Below are positions 1 through 12,270 of a stretch of DNA of 41,009 bases, piece after piece. Positions within the stretch are counted from its first letter, which is position 1, and each line of letters begins with the position of its first letter. The notes under the pieces are model-generated. The model was not told the DNA's origin. It did not search any database and saw nothing but the letters and a program-made list of their open reading frames with translations. The DNA is from Catajapyx aquilonaris (Eukaryota), in NCBI GenBank assembly GCA_000934665.2, contig KZ538905.1, positions 1 through 41,009 on the forward strand, written 5' to 3'. A program made the position numbers and the translations under genes.

Positions 1-340
1 CACCCCCACCCGTTCCTCCGTGCATTCACATATTCGTGATTCCCTATCCTGCGACCAATCTGCAATCCCACCTTTGCATTGGCTGGGAAATATGCATTAT
101 TTTGCCCACCTCAACATACCCATACCTTTGCAATTAAAAACAAAACAAAACAAAAAAAAACACAATTTATTATTGTATGAACAGAAATTCGCAACCTCTG
201 CCTCCTCTACTCGCATGCACTCGCACACATGTATCTAAATAATTATATGTATCCTTTCGGACCACATTTTTCTAACTGCTCATATTAAACTTCCCTTTAT
301 CATAAACAGCCAATGGAACTTGGCAGTGTCTGTATTAGAT

Positions 341-385
341 CAGTGGTTCCCAACCTGGGGGTCGCGAAGCCTTCTCCATGGGGTT
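341..385 (+). mobile_element. Solo left end of a hAT-Charlie-like element
   Basis: CAGTGGTTCCCAACCTGGGGGTCGCGAAG resembles the 11190 terminus CAGCGGTTCTCAAACTGTGGGGCGCGAAG; no matching right end was found. Confidence 0.45.
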
Positions 386-3300
386 GAGGGTGGCCGCGAT
401 TATTTTAATAAATTAAAAAATTATTATTTCCGAATGCAATTGCACACAATCTATAATAAAACAGTTAAACTGGCATCCCCCACCTAGAAACCAATTTCTA
501 CAATATATAGCAATTGCTCCAATAAATGAAATAGAAAACATCAATAAAATACTCATTAAATACAACAAATACATGAATATGTTAGATTAAGCAAGGAGAG
601 AACAATGTAAGATATAGTGTTATGATGAATATAAAACCAGTGAATAATCCCCAACAACACAGAGATAGATACGAACACGTCATAAAATGTTTATTAAACA
701 AATATATTACGCATGTGTCTCCCCCCCCTTAGAATAAGAAGGGAGGTAAATTGTAAGCTGAATAGTTCTGTAAATCTGTAAATAAATGTTTTAAAAAATT
801 AAAAAATAACTACAATTAAAAAATAATATTAGATGATCAAAAACTGGTTTCATTATTCCCCCCACTTTCTTTTGACGTTCTCGGCCTATCCTCGGGTTCA
901 GTGTTGAATATCGCGGTTGAATATCGCGGCTAATCCTGCTTACCAACTCTTCCCACTGGGGATGCCAGTGAGTAAGGACCTCGTTTAAAAAACCGAAATT
1001 ATTTTACTTTGTTCATAAACGTCCATGGAGTTTGTGAGTGATGTAGAAGCACCTCAAGGGGGGTATATTACAATGGGGTAGCACTATTTTGCGCATTTTA
1101 AATTTTAATCAAGTTATTGTTCGTGTACAATGCATGACCACAACAATTGGTTATCATCTGTAATTGTCATAACAATTCAAGTCAAACTTCTGTCAGGTTC
1201 TGAGCACATTCTGTGGCCATTTCAAATGGGAATATATTGCAAATTCTAATTTTTAAGCCCAGATTCTCACTATCTACGCAGAGAAAGGTATAGGCCTAAC
1301 TTAGAAACTGTGTTTCACTTTGCTCATTTTATATCATTAGAAACAGTTTCCAATAAAAATTATTGCGCCACAACAAAATCTTTCAGTAATTGTTATGTTT
1401 CCGCTCTATCCGGTGCCGGGTTACTGTGGGTTGGTTTTAAGATTAGCGAAAATCATATCAGTTCACAATAATAAAGCTTATCCCGGTAGACAACCTTGGA
1501 TTATAACACTGAGACCACAAACCTGTAATTGGTATATAGCTACTTACAGTGTTGATATTGTTGACTGTCATTGTTGCTCATTGTGACCTCAGAAATATCA
1601 GAAACGTTATCTCCATAGTAGTGCAAAAAATTTACAACCGAAAGGAGCATGTCAATTGGAACATATAAGCTTAGTGCAAGGGCCTGAAAATTCACCCTGC
1701 TTTCGCATTTCGACTGTAAATAGCCCCTGCAATGAAGCATTCCCGCCCCAAGCTCCCAAACAAGACGAGTACGCCAAAAATGCAAACAACCATTGGCCCA
1801 TTTGACAAACCTGCAAAAGCAAAACGCCTCGGATAAAAAAAAGTGCTTGCAAATGGCTGCCCAAGCAGTGTGCCACACGAGCTGTCACCGATCCCCGCCA
1901 GAAAGCTAATTAGTCCTAATCAGCAGGTATTCACCCCCCCCCCCTCCCACTCCCCATAGCTAGTCCATAGACATGAAAAGGAGAGACCAACACATGCGCA
2001 CTACACCCTTACAAACAACAAAAGGTTGTTGCATGCCTTGCCCCTTTCCCATTGCCCGGATCTGCCGGCTTTTTGAGGAGCAAGCAGTTCACTTTTGAAG
2101 GATGATGTTGTTAGGTTGACAGCAACCGCCAACGGGACACCGCCATTTGACCATATAAGGCTCTTCAAAGGGGCCGCCGCCAGATTACCTCCTACTTTTT
2201 AACTAAGTATGATGAATAGACTCAACCCGTTTTTTTATCCACCGAGCCAGGGAATTTTTAGCCAAATTTTTGGCCCCGGAATTACATGCTGCCTATGAGA
2301 CTATGCATTTGCGCGTCCCACTTTTTTATATATATTATTTTTCAACCTGCTCCAGGTACGTACCATGGCTTTTCACCTGGCCGAAAAAGGTGTAGAAAAA
2401 TTTAGAAGCGCAGTGGATTTATACGGCGGTGGACCCAGGGCCATAAACATCAAAGGTTGCGCTTGGGCAGCACAAAAACACGTCCTCTTGTGTTGGAAGG
2501 CAGCCGCTATTTTCTCACCATTCAACCCCAAATAGGCTTGGCCCTTTTCTTGCGGAGGCTCGATAGGCTTAATCAGGACTTGGCCAGGTGTCGGCGTCGC
2601 ATCAGCATATACGGAGGTTAGGACCAAGACTTAATTTCAGCAGCCTCTCTCACTGCTGCACACACAATGGCCGGACACATATACACAGGAGGAGGCTTTG
2701 CCAACATGTTTGCTTAGCGGTTGGGAGAAGCAGCAGCATTTAAAGGCAGCTAAGTAGGATGTCAGGGTTTTCGAGAAGACTCTCCTGTAGAGCAAACTTG
2801 CCTGTTAGTGGAGCTCTAATTGGCACCAACAGAGGCCTGGCTTGCATGAAGAAATTAGCATCGGAGCTTGATGGAATCACAGCACACACATACACTCAGC
2901 CTCATTCGTGCAAAGTGGAACTATGATTTGAAGGAAGGCTTTGTATTCATATACTCGTATATAGGAATTTCTGGAGTGTCGATAAAATTTATTCAATTTT
3001 GATTTACCCTACACGCTGGTTGCAGAAATGATTAAAAGTGGGGATAAATACTTATTCAAAAGGAGTGAGGTCACTTCAAGGTGCAGATAAAATAGTAAAA
3101 AGCACTCAAAATATTTAGACGCCACATCTCTCAGAGAGATATGCAGTCATACGCGAATACCCTGCAAAAATATGTTTCTAAAGTTAATAAGAGTAATTGA
3201 AACTGTTCCAAATTGTGAAATTCAGTTCTGCCATTGGCAGTCACAGAGAGCTTATTATTTTGCATAATTCATCAACTGAATATATCACTAATATCAGTAT

Positions 3301-6300
3301 ATACATGTGAATTCATATGAATCCATAAAACCTTTCCAACTTGGCTCTTATGGTTATATCATTTCCGATGAATTTTCTGAATCACTTTTATTTTGTGACT
3401 AATCGAGGAAAAATTCTCCAAGCTTCGTCTGACGTCACGGAAGTGATTGGCCTCTGCTGATCCCTCTGGTGAAAGGATAATTATTAAATGACTACCTCAA
3501 TAACCAGAGGATTGGGTCAGATAATATTGCCTGTGAGCTTTATTGTAAGCAGGTGCAGCTCAGCTATCCTATAGAATTTTGTGGAAGAAGAAATTTAAGA
3601 ATTCTCAGATCTTGCTCTTTATTTTAATAATTATGCCTCTTCTATACGTCAAATTCTGCAATATCCACTTTAAACTTTTAATTTTCCACATAAAATCCGC
3701 CTTTCTGGCGCATAGTTTCTGATTAATTTAAGAGAAAGAGTTTAAGAATATTTATTTCGAAGAGGAATCCTATATAGGAATCCAGTAGGATAAGTGGAAG
3801 AAATTTTTTTTAAATATAAAACTATCAGAAATAACAGGTTTTAAGCATAAAATGTAGCTTTCTTCCACTTTAAAAATAACGTTGAAGGAAACTCTCAACT
3901 ATTTCCACCTAAGTAAATGGGAGTGCGCATGTTTCAGTTCAGTGAAAGTTAGTATAACAGATGAATGTGCAAACGAGCAGTAACAATTCAACAAAGCATA
4001 ATTTTCTTTAAAATATATGAATTCACTAGTATATCAATAATATTGGATCATCGAGGGTTTTTAAAGCATGATGTGATGGTCAGTGTCTATATAGACACTT
4101 CGATCGATTCTGGTAAAATATTCATTGCAAGTACAGTACCACTTCCAGTATTTATTTCGCTCTGTGTATTGATGTTGATCCTAATGATATTTAATTTAAA
4201 TATGAAAGTCTGCCAATATCTGTTCTCTGCTGAGATGTGAAAACATGCGACTAATACTTCAGATTCTGCCATTTTTGCGTTCTAGAAATTGTCACAGAAA
4301 GTGCCACGAACCTTCCATGCATTAGTAAATAAACATAATAAACATAAAAATCGCTAAAGAATTGTTTTCGTCGCAATTCAGAAAACATTTTCTTTGCTAA
4401 TACAATCACAACCATTTACTTTTCCTGCTGATTCAGCGAGGCAAATTCCACGTTTTCAATCTTGTTGCTTCTCGTATATGTCCACAGTTGCGGAAACTAT
4501 ATTGCTAAACAATACCCTTCCCGTGAGCCCCAAATTTGCCAAATTACTCGCAAAAATCCTGGAAGGAGGTGTGGGAAAGCTCACTTTGTCACCTCCACGT
4601 CACTCTGTTATTCCATCAGGGCTGGGGAGGGGAAAAAAAAGAAGCACACCTTCAACGTGACAGCAATTTCCGCGATGAGGGCTGAGCATCTGCGCTTGTT
4701 AATCTGCACTTTTTTTTTACACTCTCAGTATTTCTCTTTTCTTCTCCTCCCCCCCCCCCTCCCTTACCTTTCCCCAATGTTACCTTGCACCCTCTTTCAT
4801 TCAGTGGGCAAAAACGAATTTTCTCAGCGGGGGAAGTAAGAAAAAGGGGGGGCTCTCTCCGAAATAATACGATCCAGGTAATTGTGGGGACAAAACTCAT
4901 CACGTAAACACGTAGTAAACATATGCGAGTTTCAACATGCGATGAATCATGTCCAACTTACAAGATGGCGCTTCCCCTTTCTCTTCATCTCCCAGATGGA
5001 CATGTTTTCGGGACACCTGACATGCCATATACTCCTCTCGGGTGTGCAGCTTTTTTTTCACGTCTGAAACCATTGCCCTTTATTATCCTATACGTTTGTC
5101 GGCAACCTGGCCTCCTCTTAAATTATGCGCGTGTGATGAAGATGGCGCGGTTTCGGTTCCATAATATAATTCGGGTGTACTAATCGCTCCTTTTCATCCC
5201 CCCAAATATAGTGTGAAATTTTCCATTTCCTTCCCAAACAATGAGGCGAAGTTCTTGATTGGTCCCTCCCCAGCCCCCCGCAATTTAATCGCGTTATACC
5301 AACAGATGAGATTATTATACCAATATGCGATCTGATGAGCATTGAAGCAAAAACGGATAGCAATTGGCAAATATGAAATGGACACGCCTACTTCCGATGG
5401 CAGCCCTTTCCAAAAAAATGGCCTTTGTAAAATAAAAAAACACACGCAGATAGAAAAGTTACGAAATGATTGCGGTTCGGGTGACAAATAAATCAACATG
5501 TTTTCCCCCCACAACGAAATTGCTGCTGATTCATGCCGGCACTTTGGTCAAAGGAACCGGATAAAAAGGGAGTTAACATGAAAGAATGCGGGTGGTAGGA
5601 TAGAAACAGGCGTGGAAGAAAAGAAAAGTAGAGGAGGGGTAGTTGGGGGGTAGGGGGGGGAAAAAGGTTAAGAGTTTTTGTTCACACCTCGGGATAAACC
5701 GAACCACTCACTCTGGTTTTGGTATTTGGGGCAAAAATGATGGCCGCAAAGGATTCAGCAGCTGCGAAGAAGAAGCCCTCCTCTTCTCAATCACCCCCTC
5801 TGGGTTCCATGACAAGACGAAAAATCATTCACGGTCCCGTCTTCTTTACATGAACAAATTTGTTACTTCATCGTGGCAAGAGAAAATAATTATGCTGCAA
5901 GACCGGTGTCAGGCTTAATATTAGTTTGCCATCATTATTTCTCCACCGGTCTCAGTTACAGTAGCTGGGAAATGGATGCATAATAGGGGGGGTTATTACA
6001 CAACAGGTGGTCGCAAATGACATGGACCACACAAAAAAAATTAATGGAACTCTGTGTGACATCTCATCATGATAAGGTTACGTGCTAAGATGACTAATAT
6101 TTAAATTATTATTATTTTTTCAATTTGTTGTTTTATACTCTCCAACAAAATGTGAACGTGGTTTATAACACACAAAGCGCCTTCCGTGTCTTGGAAATTA
6201 GCAAACAGCAAGCAGTACATGTCGCTTCAATAAAATAATAATCAAATGACATGGTAAACCGCTACCTGTACCGCAAGTTATTTAATGGAGGAACGGGGGC

Positions 6301-7647
6301 TCCTTCCCCTTGCTAATTGTTAATTAGGAAAGCCACTGGGCACTTTAGCGCAACAGTTAGCAGAATCATAACGTGACAAAGAAGGTGCCGCACTTTCAGG
6401 TCAAAGAGTCCCCGAATCGGGTCGGGTTTTGGGTTTGGCGCTTCGAGTGTTGCAAGGGCCATCTCTGGTCTGAATTACGAGTCACGTGGAGTCGACAATT
6501 CAACAAACTGGCCCTCTGTTGGGACAGAAGGAAACGAATTCGAGGATCCTCCTAGTAGCCTGATCCTCAACTGACTCTTTGGATCACACGAGGCGCTAAG
6601 GCCTAGGCTTTGTAACATAATTATGGCAGGAACCAGCAGCCTGTGAAGTGTTGTGAGACAAGCCGAAATAATTCGTACGAGTAAACGCATTGTTGACTTG
6701 TACTCAATCAGAAGTAAATTGACATTTTCAGGCGATTATTTTGTCTGGATAAAACAATTCATTGCTTATAGTCTAATATGGCATCGGGTGATCCATCATT
6801 TGTCATTCAAGAACAAGCGGACTGTACATTTTGCCAAATTTAACTTGATGTATACTCACCATGTCCAATATCCTGCACCAAATGTCAAAAACACTGTTCA
6901 TCGGTACCAACACCACACACTCGAGTAACAGGTGGAACCATGAAATCCTGATGCTACCATGCCAAACTCTGCAATGATTCAGCACATGTCAGTATGTGTA
7001 TCTGACTGCTTACTGTGGCTTTGCTCCATAGCAGACTGTTTCCACTCACAATTTATTTCACATGCTCTATACGACTACTATCAAATGGACAACTAGCCTG
7101 TGTAAATGATAATGCAAAAAAATGCGCTATTATATTCAGGTGTCAGGTGTCATTTGAAAAATAGCTATCGGAAAATTATTATGTAAAGCATTTGAACGTG
7201 AGAAAATAAGGCAGCGCATATTACTGATGTGCTGTATCTTACGGTAACAACTCTAGCAAGAATGCCGATAACGGATATTAATGAAATCATTTCTGCTATG
7301 TGTTGTAGCATTAGCTCTTGGTTGTAGTAACTAATTGTCATTATTAGTCTAATATTACCAGTTAGCACGTGCTATTATTCATGAAAAGAGGTGAATAAAA
7401 AGCGACTTGTTTCGTAACAATGAATGAGTTTAATATGAATTTTCGAAGAAATTCGCACATGTTAGAGGCTAGGCTCACTTTTTAGAAAGATATCATTAGA
7501 CTACTTATCGCGAACTTATCTCTTCGCTCGTCACCGCACCAACAGACTAATTGTGATGCAATGTACTTGACTGATTATCGTTTTTATGCAACATTAGGTC
7601 GGTTTCCACCCTTATAAATGCATAATGAAGGGTCTGTCGCTACGAAA

Positions 7648-7720
7648 GGCCCAGTGGCGCAACGGATAACGCGTCTGACTACGGATCAGAAGATTCCAGG
7701 TTCGAATCCTGGCTGGGTCG
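7648..7720 (+). tRNA. tRNA-Arg (anticodon ACG)
   Basis: 73-nt cloverleaf: acceptor GGCCCAG/CTGGGTC plus discriminator G; anticodon arm TCTGA-CT-ACG-GA-TCAGA (ACG at 7681-7683); T arm CCAGG-TTCGAAT-CCTGG. Closely matches the metazoan Arg-ACG sequence. TATAAA at 7613-7618 upstream. Confidence 0.97.
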
Positions 7721-7727
7721 AAATTCC

Positions 7728-7733
7728 TTTTTT
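7728..7733 (+). terminator. RNA polymerase III oligo-T terminator of tRNA-Arg
   Basis: T6 run 7 nt after the discriminator base. Confidence 0.8.
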
Positions 7734-9286
7734 AAAACTCTGGTAAATTTCAAAACTGCGGATATTCAGCATGTGACGATTTGTAGGCTACTTACGTTAG
7801 TAGTACAGTGCGTAAAATTTAATGAATTTGAAATTTTTATCGCTCGAATTTTTGGCCTATAGTATTTAACAACCTGTCACTGTTGTAATGACTATTAATT
7901 AATATTCCTGCTACAACGCATTGGCTGCTTTATTAAACCACGTGACCTGCAAGAGTGCCAATCATATACTCTCATGTAAGTAGGGCTTCAACTATACGCA
8001 ACTTGTGACCCCAAACCTGACCCACAATGAAGTCGGCCGCATAAACCCCCTGGAACCTTGCAAAAGCGCCGTAAATTCCCAGGCCCCCGAACCTGAACCG
8101 GAAAAGGCCGTCCAGAGCGGAACATAAACAAACCGAGCCCCCGGCTTTGTATAACTATCAGTCACGGGGTTGTAGTACACTAGATGGTGGAGGAGGTTGC
8201 ATGGGGAGGCCAGATAATAATTGCCAGGAGCAATTAGTCCGATTCGTACCTTTTAAAAAAAAATGGACAAAAAGTGTTGTCGCGGTTGAGTAAACCAAAG
8301 GGCGTGAGAAAATTACGGGTTGTACACTGCTCGAGTACCAAGTGCAAATAATGGCTTATTTGGTAATATTTTTAGTGATAAAGGCGTATAACTTTCATGA
8401 TGAACAATCCGTGTGTTTATCGGAGTAGCGAGGTTATGGAGACCAAATATGGTTCCAATAAGTTCACCCTATAGAAGTTTGTTGATATTATTATACTGAA
8501 CACCCTGTGGATAGAGAGGATTGGCTGGGATTGGAGCAAGCCCACTTTCGGTTATTAGTCCGTGTTTGATCGGTGCCGGCCATTAATTTCCACCCGGGTG
8601 AGCAGGTGATGCCAAGGGGAGGTCTAATCAATGTCTCCCTCACTATATACCTGGACAGAGAACAAAAAAAAAAAAAAGATTGGCTCCTGCTTGGGTCTCA
8701 TCCATCTTGTTCGGATCTACTTCACGCCCGAATTAACTCTAATTTACAACGCTCACCGCTTTGCGAGTGCTGCCTTGATGCTTTCGCCTTGCCTACTACA
8801 CGTGACTGCAAGAGTGAGCCCAAATTAGTGCCATTTGCTTAATTGCAGGTGTCATAATAATGGCATGGAACCCTGTATATATACGTACCAGGGAGGCACC
8901 AGGACCAGCACCAAAAGCCACTTTTTATTCCTCTATAGTTGAGAGAGGAAGGGGGGACTGGGAGAGATTATACAATGCACGTCTGCAACTGCACGACAGG
9001 ATTGATTCTGAGGCCATTAGCATCCATTGCCACTTTGCAGGGCTCATTCACGTTGTCCTATAATTAAACATGGATTTAAATGCTGCAATAAGCGACGACG
9101 CTGTCTGTCACTTGCTCGCTTTTAACAGTTATTGGCTAATAAAAACAAGGATATTGCTTTACTTATCGGCCAAATATTGTTACGGACACTATTTTTTCTT
9201 AGGCTATATCATGTGAGTACAGTAAGTATACTGGTAGCAACAGTATATTACAAAATGTTCCACCAATCCAGCATGGATGCAGAGTT

Positions 9287-9631
9287 TTTTTTTTTTAAAT
9301 AATAATCCGGGGTAGTGCTTGACCTCATCTGAGGTATGCAGCACGGACCTTTATTTATTACATCAAGTACATTTGAGCCTTTTTACGTAGCGCCCGGGCC
9401 CACGGGCAGGATGACAGGAGGGGATGTGCAAGGTGCAGTGCAATGTCTTTATGTGGCCATTTTTAGTGAACTCCCCCGGGTGGTTTAGTCTGTGGATATA
9501 CCACCCGAGACGAAGCCAGAGGTGACCCTGAACTCTGCACGAGATGAAGGGGGTGTCCCCGGGCTGGGATCGAACCCGGGACCTTAACATCCGTGGGCGC
9601 GCACGTTACCGCAGCACCACTCCGCCTCCCC
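9287..9631 (-). mobile_element. tRNA-derived SINE, full length (about 345 bp)
   Basis: Perfect 16-bp TSD GCATGGATGCAGAGTT (9271-9286, 9632-9647); A box TGGTGCTGCGG (9619-9609); B box GGTTCGATCCC (9576-9566); oligo-A tail (T run 9285-9296). Confidence 0.92.
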
Positions 9632-10621
9632 GCATGGATGCAGAGTTATTATTAGCATGCTTAATATTGTGCTGCGAGTAATAAAGTGCTGCTGTGAAGC
9701 GTATCAAATGGGCTATAAGAGTTCAAAAAGCCGTAAACCTATAGGTTATGTTAATCAATCTTTCCTCAGTTCTTCCCTCCCATCATCCCTTTTCTTCCCT
9801 CTTTTCCATTAGCAGTGGTCGGCGCAAATAATTGGCGGTCGTTCAGACACACGACTCATGCAGAGGGGAGGCGACGAGTCGGAGTCGAGTGTGCAATTTT
9901 GTCGCCACCGCGGACACATTTTGGAAAGGAAAAGTGATTCAGATATTAGTTGCCCTGTGACTGAGAATCTAGCAAGTTAAAAACCACACGCCCTAGACTA
10001 AAACTGATGCCCTTCCGGTTGACCCAGATGACCTAGCCGAGAACAACCACACCACTTGGCTAAACAACTAAGGGTTGGTCACGTTTGTCAACATGTTCCC
10101 CACAAGTTCAACACTGCCCAGTGTATAGAAGGCGACCGCAACGAAGAAGGCAGCAGAGGGAGGTTGATTTTTGCACAAAATAAAAATGCTGAGGGTCCGA
10201 GTGAAACGGATGGTGGTGGTGAAGAAGGGGCCTTCGAAATGCCTCGATGACACTCGAGTGACGCCATCTCAAGGAAACCAGAAAAGGAAAACAAGGATGC
10301 GGGAATCCGGAGAAGGAATGCCAGAAGACCACGTGTTTCGCTTCAGAACATATAAGCACAGCAAACCCAAGTTACAAAACCATCACCGATTCATCAAGTC
10401 GCACATAGACCGCTATACCACGACGCAACGTATATGTAGCCTATCTACACTGTACTCCCGACTATCAGCGTTTCGGATTATCCGTGCATGACTAAAACAA
10501 ACAAAGGACTTTTAAAATGTCAATTTTTCTCGCAAACAAAGAAACATATTTTCACAGAAAACAAACTAAAAATCTACTGACATTTTTCTGATTTTTATTA
10601 AATATTATTTAAAGCAGAATA

Positions 10622-10783
10622 CAGTATGTACAGTACTATCGGATTCAAATACTTTTGGCCACTTTATGCTGGTCATGAAGCAACCCTTCGCACAGACCAC
10701 ACGTTAAGGAGGTGTGTGTGTGAAGGGTTGCTTCAAGACCAGGATAAAGTGGCCAAAAGTATTTGAACCCGATAGTTTGATAG
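10622..10783. mobile_element. Fold-back MITE inserted in the pogo-like element
   Basis: 60-bp inverted arms 10635-10694 and 10717-10776 (4 mismatches), 22-nt spacer. Absent from the sister copy, which reads AATACAGTCGTTCATT uninterrupted, implying insertion at a TA. Exact termini are degenerate. Confidence 0.75.
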
Positions 10784-10960
10784 TACAATCGTTCATTAAA
10801 AACATGTGAACAGCTCATTTTACTGTATCTATACGTGTAGGGCCATTTTCCAATTATCCGGCTGCACCCGTGCAGCCATTAGCCCGGATCAGTGGCGGAA
10901 CTTCAAATTCTGGGCCCCCCTGCAAGAAGTTGTTGTGGACCCCCCCTCCCCTCCCCATTA

Positions 10961-11014
<54 letters not shown>
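10961..11014 (+). repeat. (AAT)18 microsatellite inside the hAT element
   Basis: Perfect trinucleotide run read directly. Confidence 0.97.
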
Positions 11015-11018
<4 letters not shown>

Positions 11019-11189
11019 TAATAAATAAGAGAAATCGATGAATTTCAGGACAGTTTCTTTTTAATGGTACGCGTGTACTAGCTAGTAAATGACAGAAGTT
11101 CAATACATTCAATATCTTCAATAAGTTCCATACAATTATTTTTCCAACAATACGAAAAAAATATTTAATGCTTCTTTCTTCTTTTAGCA

Positions 11190-11666
11190 CAGCGGTTCTC
11201 AAACTGTGGGGCGCGAAGGGGTGATGGTAGGGGGGCGTGGGGCGAATCAAAAAATTATGTGACTCGAAACATGACAAAAGTCGCACTGCTCAGGGCTTAT
11301 TGTAGCGTGCAGTTCTACACAATTCGTGCAGAACTAAAAGCCAAATGTGCAGTTCTGAATAAGGATTTGTGCAGTCAGATAATAGCAGACAAGTCTGTTA
11401 CATCTGCATTCAACTGCACTTGCACATTGGCACTCCTGGAAACATGAAGGGGCCGATCTTTCTACTTGCTTATATCCGATGTGCTTACAGAGTTACAGTA
11501 TAGGAGGATTCCACTGTACTTGTCAGTTATTACATTCACCTAAGATTGTGTGACCTTGAACAAAAAAAAAATCGCCTATGGCGGGCTTATTCGTTTGGGG
11601 GAGGGGGCGCGAAATCAGAAATTACTTTCTAGGGGGGCCCGATGTGGCAAAGTTTGAGAACCGCTG
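11190..11666. mobile_element. hAT-Charlie-like MITE (477 bp) nested in the hAT element
   Basis: Perfect 16-bp TIR CAGCGGTTCTCAAACT / AGTTTGAGAACCGCTG; 8-bp TSD TTTTAGCA vs CTTTAGCA (7/8). Confidence 0.9.
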
Positions 11667-12013
11667 CTTTAGCATTAGCAAAGTCGTTGATAACTTCATC
11701 AATGTTCAGTGCCTTAGCCTGGGCTCTTTCAATGCTAAGTAAAAAATGCAAGCCCACGTAGTCTGTCCTCCTTCATAGAATTGCGAAGGTAAGTTTTTAT
11801 TATTTTCATTTTTTTTTTCACTCGTGTTTGGGCCCCCCCTTGCTTCGGGCCCCCCTGCGGCTGCAACCACTGCACCCCCCTAGTTCCGCCACTGGCCCGG
11901 ATAATCGGGAGTACAGTGTATATGAATATAAAAGGCAAAGTTGGTTTGTCCAGGTCTGGCAACAGGGCATAAAAGGTCATGAAATGACGGGTACGAATGG
12001 ATTCCTCTGCTTG

Positions 12014-12270
12014 CACTGCTGTTCTGCCGATTATCCGGGCTAATGGCTGCACGGATGTCGTCGGATAATCGGAAAATAGTCATATATATCGCAAAATGAG
12101 CTACTCGCAGGTTTTTAATGAACGACTGTATTATGCTTTAAATAAGATATAACTGATGAAAATTAGATTTTTTTTGTAGATTTTGCGCTTTCCGGAAAAG
12201 TCTGTTACATTTTGTTATTTTCGAGAAAAATTGACTTTTTCAGACTTTTCCTTATTTTACCCATGTACGC
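12014..12270 (-). mobile_element. Second, diverged and partly truncated copy of the pogo-like MITE, in inverted orientation
   Basis: Reverse-complement blocks shared with 10513-10889, e.g. CCGTGCAGCCATTAGCCCGGAT (10868-10889 vs 12033-12054), TCGTTCATTAAAAAC, TTATTTAAAGCA and GTCAATTTTTCTCG. Distal boundary approximate. Confidence 0.75.

Larger units (their letters stand above)
10890..11894. mobile_element. Non-autonomous hAT-superfamily element (1005 bp including its own insert)
   Basis: Perfect 13-bp TIR CAGTGGCGGAACT / AGTTCCGCCACTG; perfect 8-bp TSD GCCCGGAT (10882-10889, 11895-11902); subterminal GGGCCCCC repeats. Confidence 0.92.
10448..11918. mobile_element. pogo/Tigger-like (Tc1-mariner superfamily) MITE, outer element of a nest; about 300 bp once inserts are removed
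   Basis: TIRs CACTGTACTCCCGA(C/T)TATC at 10448 and as reverse complement ending at 11918; TA on both flanks (10446-47, 11919-20). An uninterrupted sister copy lies at 12014-12270. Confidence 0.8.

Noticed and set aside
903..928. 13-bp tandem duplication GTTGAATATCGCG x2
   Set aside because: Ordinary local slippage or repair duplication with no functional signal.
469..969. 12-bp inverted repeat ACTGGCATCCCC / GGGGATGCCAGT as a MITE
   Set aside because: Short, no TSD, and could equally be outward-facing ends of two unrelated fragments.
4082..4099. 18-bp perfect palindrome AGTGTCTATATAGACACT
   Set aside because: One such palindrome in 41 kb is not far from chance and has no supporting context.
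10903..11286. ORF with a poly-Leu run
   Set aside because: Translation of the (AAT)18 microsatellite inside a transposon.
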